From positions 15,239,807 to 15,303,806 of the forward strand of contig NC_134031.1 in assembly GCF_964204645.1 (NCBI RefSeq): a stretch of 64,000 nt of DNA, in the 5' to 3' direction. The stretch is from Tubulanus polymorphus. Its lineage: Eukaryota > Animalia > Nemertea. Below are positions 28,701 to 40,700 of this stretch, one piece after another. The translations under genes were made by a program, and so were the position numbers. The notes under the pieces were generated by a model. That model had not been told where the DNA came from. It saw nothing but the letters and a program-made list of their open reading frames with translations, and ran no database searches. Positions within the stretch are counted from its first letter, which is position 1. Every line of letters begins with the position of its first letter.

Positions 28701-31700
28701 TTTGTATATATACCGGTCTATGCTGCTGGGTAGTTTTACTCTTTTCTCCGTTTTCTGTTTATTATCGCCGGATGTTGATAAAATAACCGATAAATTCCGA
28801 ATATGAAAAAACTATGCCGCAAAAATAAAAAAAATCCGTAAATTTCGGTAATCGGTATTGGTCGATCGGTTGTCGATTATAATTGACCCGTTTTCTGCGA
28901 TGGATATAACGATGAATTTCGTTTTTTTTTTCCTACTTTTAAAATCCGAGTCGCCGTTGGATACGTGCGCGCGCGCAAAACACTTTACTTTATTCGCGGA
29001 TCAATCTGCGACGATGATAAGACATGAGTTTTATCACGCGGCGGTAAGAAGAGAGAGAGCGAGAGAGATCAGCGTGCTGCCGGCACCGAGCGAGAGAGCG
29101 CTGTGTTAGATGTATCAAACAGGTAACACACACACACAACACGCGATGAAACACCGACTGCCGCAGCCTGCTCCTCTCAACATCAATCAAATCTCTATCT
29201 ATCTCTCCACAGCTCTCACCGAGATTAAATTAACTGTTAGATTAATTAATTATTTCACGATCACCATTGATTGTTTCGCTAATTGTTCTCTGTCAACTGA
29301 TAAAAATGATTGTCGATTAATCAGTCGCTACGGCAGTAGCAGCAGCAGCAGTAGCAGCAGCAGCAGCAGGGTGGACGGGCAGCTCTACTATACTCCTGGA
29401 ATAAACCTGTCTCTACCCTGTACTCCTCTGGAATGAACCTGTCTCTACCCTGTACTGTTGTTTCACTTTAAATGCATGCCGTATAAGCTTTATTGTTGAA
29501 TAGCAGCTGTTGCCTCGACCACTCGGGAACACACTCACAGAGTCAAACACTCACAGACTGCTGCCACGACCACTCGCTCCACTCACTCCACTCGTACTGC
29601 ATTTACACATCAGTAATTCAAATATAATGTCAACTCTATTCATTCAATATTGATATATATTAATATCGAGCAGTGTCTTTAATATTGACTCTTCATTTAG
29701 CTACACTAGAGACAATGAGATAGACAGTGAGATAGACAGTGAAAAAGCTACAGAGAGAAACAATAAGACAGACAGTGAGACAGACAGTGAAACAGTGAGA
29801 TAGATAGTGAGATACAGAGTGAAAAAGCCACGGAGAGAAACAGTAAGACAGACAGTGGGATAGACAGTGAGATAGACAGTGAAAAAGCTACAGAGAGAAA
29901 CAGTAAGACAGACAGTGAGACAGTGAGATAGATAGTGAGATACAGAGTGAAAATCCACGGAGAGAAACAGTAAGACAGACAGTGGGATAGACAGTGAGAT
30001 AGGCAGTGAGATAAACAGTGAATACACCACGGAGAGAATCAGTGAGACAGTGAGACAGACAGTGAAAAAGACAGTGAGACAGACATTGAGATAGACAGCA
30101 AGATAGATAATGAGATAGACTGTGAGATAGACAGTGAGACAGACATGGAAATAGACAGCGAGATAGACAGACAGTGAGATTAGACAGCGAGATAGTGAGA
30201 CAGACACGGAGATAGAACGTGACATATGGCGAGATAGACAGTGATACAATAACCGAGTTAGATTGAGATACAGTGAGACACAGTACGAAAGACAGTGTCA
30301 TTAGTGAGTTCAATGTAAAACCCTTAATGGCCATACATACATCAATATTACATGTACATCAATACTGTATACTCGAGAACCACTAGTCACAAGAGAGCCA
30401 GGGACTGCCAGGAACAAATTGCAGCAGGTAGGAGCATGTAGGAGCAACCAGGAGTAACCAGGAACAACCAACAATAGCCAGGGGCAGGTAGGAGCGTAGC
30501 CAGAGCAGCTAGACGCAGTTACTTAACTACAAAATTCCTCATCATTTTCCCAGCAGGTCAATTTCCTGCTGTTTTCTATTTAAATCAGCGTAAAATAGAA
30601 CGAAATTAGCGGGCCGAGCAACAGAGATCTGTTACTAGGCAACATAATACAATTGATATCCAGACGAGTAATCATTCATCGGCGTGGTAACAACAGAAGA
30701 GACATCTATGTATAAAAGCAATAACTAATCAAACAGCATCGCTCTGCTATCTATCAGATATACTCATTTCCATGACAACGTTCAGTTACAAGTTCAGTCA
30801 ATGTTAATAGCACCAGATGGCAGCAGTAGTATTAACTGCTGCAGCAATAAATATGAATAATTCAGCAATCTAACACTGTAACCGGTTATACAATTATACC
30901 CCTCACCCAACCATCAGCCCGACCCACGCAGCCAGTAACTAGAATAACACTGTAACCAGTTATACAATAATACCCCTCGCCCAACCATCAGCCCACGCAG
31001 GCCCGTAACCAGAATAACACTGTAACCAGTTATACAATAATACCCCTCGCCCAACCATCAGCCCACGCAGCCCGTAACCAGAATAACACTGTAACCGGTT
31101 ATACAATAATACCCCTCACCCAACCATCAGCCCACGCAGCCCGTAACCAGAATAACACTGTAACCAGTTATACAATAATACCCCTCACCCAACCATCAGC
31201 CCGACCCACGCAGCCCGTAACCAGAATAACACTGTAACCAGTTATACAATAATACCCCTCGCCCAACCATCAGCCCACGCAGGCCCGTAACCAGAATAAC
31301 ACTGTAACCAGTTATACAATTATACCCCTCACCCAACCATCAGCCCGGCCCACGCAGGCCCGTAACCAGAATAACACTGTAACCAGTTATACAATAATAC
31401 CCCTCGCCCAACCATCAGCCCACGCAGGCCCGTAACCAGAATAACACTGTAACCAGTTATACAATAATACCCCTTGCCCAACCATCAGCCCACGCAGCCC
31501 GTAACCAGAATAACACTGTAACCAGTTATACAATAATACCCCTCCACCCAACCATCAGCCCGGCCCACGCAGGCCCGTAACCAGAATAACACTGTAACTG
31601 GTTATACAATAATACCCCTCACCCAACCATCAGCCCACGCAGCCCGTAACCAGAATAACACTGTAACCGGTTATACAATAATACCCCTCGCCCAACCATC

Positions 31701-34700
31701 AGCGCGGCCCACGCAGCCCGTAACCAGAATAACACTGTAACCAGTTATACAATAAAACCCCTCACCCAACCATCAGCCTACGCAGCCTGTAACCAGAATA
31801 ACATTGTAAACAGTTACACAATAGCACCACCCCACTCCACCCGGCTTACAGTGTGCGACAACATTTCAAAGGCCATCCCGCCATGAGGTTGAATGAATAT
31901 TCCAATAGGGTTAGTCTTGGGAAACCAAGATCCAAACGACGTAAAGCCAAAACAAACAAACAAACCACCAACCCACTTGGCACCACCCCACTTCAATTAC
32001 TCTCTACAACATCATCAGATAATAGAAAAATACTGAAACTGGTCTGGTTACCTAGCAACACGTATAATCAAGAAGTGATAACCTGACTGGAACAACGCAA
32101 AAAATGAGGTTGATTTGAACGATACAATTAAATTGACAATAGCAGCTGCATCATCAGCAGCTACCAGTAGCAGCTGCATCATCAGCGGGCTTTGACTGTA
32201 CACCAGGGCCCAGTCTGTCTGACCTGTGAACTCACCTGCTACAATCATCCATAGTTACAAATACATCAATAAAAACAATGAATTTAATTAGTTACTATAG
32301 TAACATAATAAATATCCTTTATATTGCGTTTAAATCATCAATCAATAAGTGATTAATAGTGAAGCGAGAGAGAGTAGGATAGATGAGAGAGAGGTGTGTC
32401 TCGTGAGAAAACTTTCATGTTTACAGGTTTTAGATCGATTAAAAGATTTAGTGATTAACATCAGAACCAGAGAAATACACCACCACACCCACATATACAA
32501 TATCAGCAGCAGGGAGGGGGCTTCAGTACCAGTTCAGGGGGTACAGCACCATTTGAGGGGGGATATAGCACCATATGGGGAGGGAGGGTTTACAAGTGAA
32601 CACACAGATAAGCTGCTGAATTTTTAACTCACCTAATTCACAAATGATGGAAGCAGTTAAAAAATAACAGAAATACAGAAACATTAAGTGAATATCAGTT
32701 TATTTAACTTCAGAATGAAACCCAGTTACATATATTGTGTACACTAGTATGTATACTGTGCCGGTAATACACAATGTACAATACCATGTGTACCAATAAC
32801 ATGTGTACTACTGATCCATACATATGTGTATTACTTGTGTATTACCGATATATTGTACTACGGATGCATACAAGTGTGTTTACTGGTAATACATGAACGT
32901 TTACGCGGAATACATGAACGTATACCAGTAATACATGTGTGTATACCGCTAATAGATGAGTGTATACCTGTAATACTTATATGCATACCAGTAATACATG
33001 AGTGTACACAGTAAATATATTAGTGTATACCCATAATACATGTAGGTATACCAGTAATACATGTGTGCATACCAGTCATACAAACACGTCTGTATACTGA
33101 CAGTACATGTTTTGATGACAGTAATACATGTGTGTATCACTACATGTGCGTATACCAGTAATACACATGTTTACTGCTAATACATGTGTTTATATCAGTA
33201 ATACATGAGTGTATGATGGTAATACATGTGTGAAGAGCGGTAATACACATACGTTTACTGCTAATACATGTGTTTATATCAGTAATACATGAGTGTATGA
33301 TGGTAATACATGTGTGAAGAGCAGTAATACACATACATTTACTGCTAATACATGTGTTTATATCAGTAATACATGAGTGTATGATGGTAATACATCTGTG
33401 TATAGCGGTAATGCATCAGTAATACAGCATGAAATTCAGATTTGCAGGAACTATATTTATACAATAATGATCTTTGCGCCCACTTTACTTTGACTGAACT
33501 TTAGAATCTCATCAGAAAATCAATAATGAGATTTCAGAACAAAAATAGAAGGAAAACTGACACAGACAAAACATCACCCACTCATTTCTAAAGTGTACCC
33601 TGTAAGGGAACACTCGTCAACACAAATTCATTTGTTGATTAAAACTGTATATTTTATAGCAGTGACACTCAGTATTGTCAGTCTTCGAGTGGAGAGGGAG
33701 AGCAGTGAAAGAGGGGGAGTGAGAGGACACTGATGTGAGAAAGGTAGAGAGAGAGATCAGTGAGAGGAAAGGACAGGCGAGGTAAGAGAGGCAGGGAGGA
33801 GGAGAGGACAGGCGAGGTGAGAGAGGCAAGGAGCAGTGAGAGAAGAGGACAGGCGAGGTGAAAGGGGCAGGGAGCAGTGAGAGGAGAGGACAGGCGAGGT
33901 AAGAGAGGCAGAGAGAGGAGAGGACAGGCGAGGTAAGAGAGGCAGGGAGGAGAGGACAGGCGAGGTGAGAGAGGCAAGGAGCAGTGAGAGAAGAGGACAG
34001 GCGAGGTAAAAGAGGCAGAGAGCAGTGAGAGGAGAGGACAGGCGAGGTAAGAGAGGCAGAGAGAGGAGAGGACAGGCGAGGTAAGAGAGGCAGAGAGAGG
34101 AGAGGACAGGCGAAGTGAGAGAGGCAGAGAGAGGAGAGGAAAGGCAAGGTGAGAGAGGCAGGGAGCAGTGAGAGGAGAGGACAGGCGAGGTAAAAGAGGC
34201 AGAGAGAGGAAAGGACAGGGGAGGTGAGAGGCAAGGAGCAGTGAGAGAAGAGGACAGGGGAGGTGAAAGGGGCAGGGAACAGTGAGAGAGGCAGAGCGGC
34301 GAGAGAGGCAGAGAGCGGTGAGAGAGGCAGAGAGCGACAGGGAACAGCGAGAGAGGAGGAGAGGGAGAGAGACTAACTACACTCTGCTCTACGACTATTT
34401 GATGATAATTTCCAATTTTATTGTTATCAAATCAGCGAACAATCACCAGTCATTTCCTGCACCCCCTCACCCCCTCCTCCCCTCGCTCCTCTCATTTCGT
34501 CACTGATGTTGAATGTATAATGATCAGAGACACTCGTCAGCAGTCACAACGTCTGTCTCCCATTTATTGAACTCCTGAAAATCAAATCGTATCTTTATAA
34601 ATTCTAAACATGCTTCGAGAATTTTTATAACATGCGAAAAATTGTAAACTGCAGTCAGACACACTATCTGAATTGAGTCGAGAAGATTCACGATATCCGT

Positions 34701-37700
34701 ATTAGACGAATAAACAAGATGAAAAGCTAAAGATGAAAAAGTTCAGTAGTTAACCCTTTCAGTGCTGGCTAATTAATACCCTATAGTGCTGAAGATAATT
34801 TGAAAATTCTGAAAAATTCCACCCTATTGTGTGGAATAACGGGAATACCACTATAATGCGTCTACACCCTGGCGCGGTGCATCGTTAGTTACTAATATTT
34901 CACTATGTTTGACAAGTGCAGCAATCTTTCAAGAGAGATAATTAGTAATTACTAATTAAATCAATACACCGCAGTGCAGTGTACTAGCAAGATCCATCAC
35001 ACTGATTCGTACACCGCACTGCGGTGTAGACGCACTGAAAGGGTTAAAGAGTATATATTAGAGCAATGTTTCAGCTAGGGGAACCTCTTTAAAAGAACTC
35101 GGATACAACGATTAATCAGATATTACAAATATAGAATTTTGTCCCGAGTAACGCAATTTGATTTATTTCATACTGGATATAACGAACTATCGGTTATAAC
35201 GAACATATTGTCCGGTTCCAGTGAAGTTCCACTGCATTCAGCCGTAAGGCGTACCGAGTACAGAAGGAATTTACAGGATAACAAGAATCAAACAAATAGA
35301 CAAATACTTTAAATCACTTTAATCTGTAATCTCCTTTCAACTTTTTAAACACCCACTCTGCGCTATTGTTTGATTCTTTCATAAATATCCTGTTTATTTC
35401 ATTCTGTTCTCAGTACGCCTGATGATGGCTAATAGTCTTTAGCCGAAACGTTGCTCAAATATATTCTCGCCTACTATTGAAATAATGTTCATCTTTGGCC
35501 GATTCATGGGATTTATCTCGTTTAATATCCAAATTCCTGATCGCATGAGAAAACTATACCTAAAACCAGTTTAATCTGGTTAAAAACCAGTTTCAACTTC
35601 TTTTTTTTTCAAAGCTATATCAGCATAATTCATAGACAAAAAACAGGCTTTACGGAACTAACATAGAAACAAACACCATTCCTGCAGTAGCAGCTACCGC
35701 AGCAGCTCAAAACATGCACCTACAATCATAATCATATCAGAAAACTATTATTTATAAAAACAAGAAATCTAAAAATATGCTTCAATACGATGTGCTGATA
35801 TAGGAAGGGTTAATAACACTATCTGGGGGAGGGTTGGGTAAGAGTAAAACGCGGTTCATTCCATGCTATCCGGCGACCCAGTCCGATGACCTTCACCTAG
35901 CTATCCGGCGGGAGCCAGCGACCTTGACCTACTTACTGCTGAATCTCCTCCGATAATTCCGATTCATTGGACGTTAACCTGGCCACCTGGGGGCGCTTCG
36001 ATCGCATCCACGTGTGCCATGACTTACTATAGACAGAGAGATAGAGAGAAATACTGTACATATAGATATGATTGACACAGGAGGGGCCATAGACCCTTTG
36101 ATTAACATAAGGGGAGGGGCTATAGATACTGTGATCGACATATGGCGAGGGGCTATAGATATAGTGATAGACATAGGCGGAGGGGCTATCAGACGCAGTG
36201 ATTGACATAGGGGAGGGGCTACAGATGCAGTGATTAACAAAGGGGATAGGCTATAGGCGGAGGGGATAGTGATTGAGGACGCAGTGATTGACAGAAAGAG
36301 GTGCGTTTCAGTTAACATCCACCAGGAGGCAGCGGCTGTATTTTAAGTTAATTTGTTTTGTTTGAAGGTTAAAACATAACGAAAACAGATAAAAGAGTCT
36401 TATAAGACAGGTGTGTGGGGGTGAGGGGAATCTATCAGCTCTAATATAAACATGTCTCTCTGCCAGTCAGTGATATACATATACTGCAGTCTGTCTGTTA
36501 GTACATGTATAAACAGCAGCTCTCTTACCTACCAGAGTAGGCTACAGCTTTCTACCAGGGCCCTCCACCTCCAGGGAATCATCCTCACTGTACCCCTACT
36601 GAGACTGCTGGTGATTTCTAGACTAAGAGCGGTCTACGTGATGTGGGAGTATAGAGTGAAGTAATAAATCACACTCTTACAGTGACACATGACACTGATA
36701 AGAGATCGCATATTGACAATTACCACGGGTACTGCGGTGACTGGTACTACCACTGTGACTGGTACTACCACTGGGTACCACTGACTGGTACTGCCACTGG
36801 GTACCGCTGTGACTGGTACTGCCACTGGGTACCACTGTGACTGGTACTACTGCGGGAACTGCTGTGACTGGTACTACTGCGGGTACCGCTATGACTGGCA
36901 CTACCACTGGGTACCGCTATGACTGGTACTACCACTGGTAACCGCTATGACTGGTACTGCCACTGGGTACCGCTATGACTGGTACTGCCACTGGGTACTG
37001 TGACTGGTACTACTGCGGGTACCGCTATGACTGGTACTGCCACTGGGTACCACTGACTGGTACTACCACTGGTAACCGCTGTGACTGGTACTACTGCGAG
37101 TACCGCTGTGACTGGTACTGCCACTGGGTACCACTGTGACTGGTACTGTCACTGGGTACCACTGTGACTGGTACTACTGCGGGTAACGCTATGACTGGTA
37201 CTGCCACTGGTAACCGCTGTGACTGGTACTACTGCGGGTACCGCTATGACTGGTACTGCCACTGGGTACCGCTATGACTGGTACTGCCACTGGGTACCAC
37301 TGTGACTGGTACTACTGCGGGTACTGTGACTGGTGCTACCACTGGTAACCGCTGTGACTGGTACTACTGCGGGTACTGTGACTGGTGCTACCACTGGTAA
37401 CCGCTGTGACTGGTACTACTGCGAGTACCGCTATGACTGGTACTGCCACTGGGTACCGCTGTGACTGGTAAACTCCTATCTCCTGTATTTAGGGTGTCCC
37501 TCCCACACTGTGTTTTATAACTAAATTAGCAAAAAAGTGAAGGTTATTAAGATCGGTAGCACGGATTGTAATAGGATTATACTGTTGCTATAGAAACTAT
37601 TCCCGTTCAGCTCATGCTGCTGCGGCAAGTGAGTCAGACAGTCTTCTGTTATTGACAATTTAGTTATAATCTCTCATAATTATGGTTGAATCTTCCAAGA

Positions 37701-40700
37701 AACTGTTTAAAACTTTATAACATTGAGAATTCGTTGAGTGTCAGTGTGGAACAGTGTTACAGTGAGAGTATTGGAGTATCAAATGGAGTCTGTGGATTGA
37801 ACATGTGGAGTTTTGTAGTGAGAGTGTGCCAAGTGTCATAGTGAGTGTTTGGAGTACCACATGTAGTGTACGGAGTGTCATAGAGAATATTTGGAGTGTG
37901 TGACATTGAGTGTGTGGAGTGCTATGATGAAAGTGTGTGAGTGTCATAGTGAGTGTTTGGAGTATCACATGTAGTGAGTTTTCGGAGTGTCACATTGAGT
38001 GTGTGGAGTGCTACGATGAAAGTGTGTGAGTGTCATAGTGAGTGTTTGGAGTATCACATGTAGTGAGTTTTCGGAGTGTCACATTGAGTGTGTGGAGTGC
38101 TACGATGAAAGTGTGTGAGTGTCATAGTGAGTGTTTGGAGTATCACATGTAGTGTGTGGAGTGTTTCAGTGAGTTTTCGGAGTGTCACATTGAGTGTGTG
38201 GAGTGTTGCAATGAGAGTGTGAGTGTGGTATGTTGAAGTGATAGTATTTGGGGTGTCACATGGTGTGTGTGTGTGGAGTGTTAGAATGAGAGTGTGAGTG
38301 TCACACGGAATGTGTGGAATGTTGCATTGAGTGTCGCAGTGAGTGTGTGGAGTGTATCAATAAGAGTGTGAGTGTCAGTCACATTGATTGTTACAGTGAG
38401 TGTCACATTGAAGGTGTTCACCGTATCGATAAATATTAATTAACCTGTGTAATCACAGTAATAATCGATCGATCCGATTCATCATTATCTGATATAAACG
38501 GACATTGAGAGAATGATCTAGGCAATAATAGTGTCGCTGCTACTGCTGCTTACAACAGGTCAAATCAATATGAGTACAGACTAGCTGGCAGCTTGGAGCA
38601 ACCATTCCCAATGATAACTTCCAGGTTGGGTGAGAGCTGGCAGCTTGGAGCAACCATTCCCAACAATTGCTCCCAGGTTGGATAAGAGCTGGCAGCTTGG
38701 AGCAACCATTCCCAATGATAACTTCCAGGTTGGGTGAGAGCTGGCAGCTTGGAGCAACCATTCCCAACGATTACTTCCAGGTTGGATGAGAGCTGGCAGC
38801 TTGGAGTTACCATTCCCAATGATAACTTCCAGGCTGGGTGAGAGCTGGCAGCTTGGAGCAACCATTCCCAATGATAACTTCCAGGTTGGGTGAGAGCTGG
38901 CAGCTTGGAGCAACCATTCCCAACGATTACTTCCAGGTTGGATGAGAGCTGGCAGCTTGGAGTTACCATTCCCAATGATAACTTCCAGGTTGGGTGAGAG
39001 CTGGCAGCTTGGAGCAACCATTTCCAACGATTACTTCCAGGTTGGATGAGAGCTGGCAGCTTGGAGTTACCATTCCCAATGATAACTTCCAGGCTGGGTG
39101 AGAGCTGGTAGCTTGGAGCAACCATTCCCAATGATAACTTCCAGGTTGGGTGAGAGCTGGCAGCTTGGAGTTACCATTCCCAATGATAACTTTAGGTTGG
39201 GTGAGAGCTGGCAGCTTGGAGCAACCATTCCCAACGATTGCTTCCAGGTTGGATGAGAGCTGGCAGCTTGGAGTTACCATTCCCAATGATAACTTCCAGG
39301 TTGGGCGAGAGCTGGCAGCTTGGAGCAACCATTCCCAACGATTACTTCCAGGTTGGATGAGAGCTGGCAGCTTGGAGTAACCCTTCCCAGCGATTACTCG
39401 AAGCTGTGTGAGAGCTGGTAGCTTGGAGTAACCCTTCCCAGCGATTACTCGAAGCTGTGTGAGAGCTGGCAGCCTGGAGTTACCATTCCCAATGATAACT
39501 TCCAGGTTGGGTGAGAGCTGGCAACTTGGAGTAACCATACCCAATTATTATTCCATGCTGGGTGAGAGCTGGTAGCGTGGAGTTACCATTCCCAATGATG
39601 CAGTGTGTCAGCGGTCGACAGCTTGGAGTTACCCAACGGAATCATTACACCAAGCTGTATCAGCTGGCAGCTTGGAGCAACCATTCCCAACGCTTACTCC
39701 AAGCTGTGTCAGCAGTCAGCAGCTTGGAGTTACCAAACCGGATCATTACACCAAGCTGTATTTAGTATATATTTTAGCTGACGAACAGATTGCGTCTGAA
39801 ACCATAAAACAATTCGATGATGTGTCCGATGTTTAAGTGGTTGTTGATAATGTTCCGATGTAAAAGTTATTAACAGTAAAAGCTAAAACAGCATAAACGA
39901 GACGTTTTTGATAAACAGCTGTCTCCCTGCTCCCTCCCTCTGTGGCTCCCTGCAGCTAACACAGCACTTTATACACAATCGATTTTTTACATAATTTATC
40001 ACATTACAGAAAAATGAAACCTACAGTAAAACCTGCAACGCTATTACTGACCATCTCCACATACTCCCCGTTATCCCCCCCCCCCCGCTGCTCCCTACCA
40101 GACAAGTCATCTCAGCGGCTATAACACCGTACTACGCTACAGAAAGCTCAAACAATAACTCTCGAGACTAATTTAATTTCCTGCCATGAGCTACACAACG
40201 CAAATAATCGGTCCTCATTCTGCGCGTTGAATAAATCATCGATACAAATCATTAAATCAAAACAATTTAGTAGGGCTGTAAGTGTAAGAAATGTTTGAAT
40301 GGTTGAGTATACAGTCAGTCAGTCGGTCAGATGTGTGCAGCCTATAAACCGTGGTTCATTAACGATAAGACTCACTGCATGTAGTCTAAACATTATTCAT
40401 ACAGTAAATCATTGCATCTCAATCACCGAGTCCGATTAGTGTGAACTCCTGATGTAAGTTAGTTCTACGCGTTGTAGTGTAAACCGGCGAACCCGACTCG
40501 AGGTCACTCCCAGAGTAATCCAGGGTTATGTCTGTTGTCATGACAGTGGCATGATACAGAATCCAGTAAAACAGGGTATAGTAGTTGAATCACTAGTGAG
40601 GGCTCAAATGTGAGCATGTTTGGGGCCCTATGACCGCTAAGGTTTCCAGAATTTCTACTCCTATACTATTAGGGGTATGTGGGTTTAACCCTCCTCATCG

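Noticed and set aside
38540-39836. Several 75-193 aa repetitive ORFs
   Set aside because: 52-bp tandem repeat that is not a multiple of three; non-coding.
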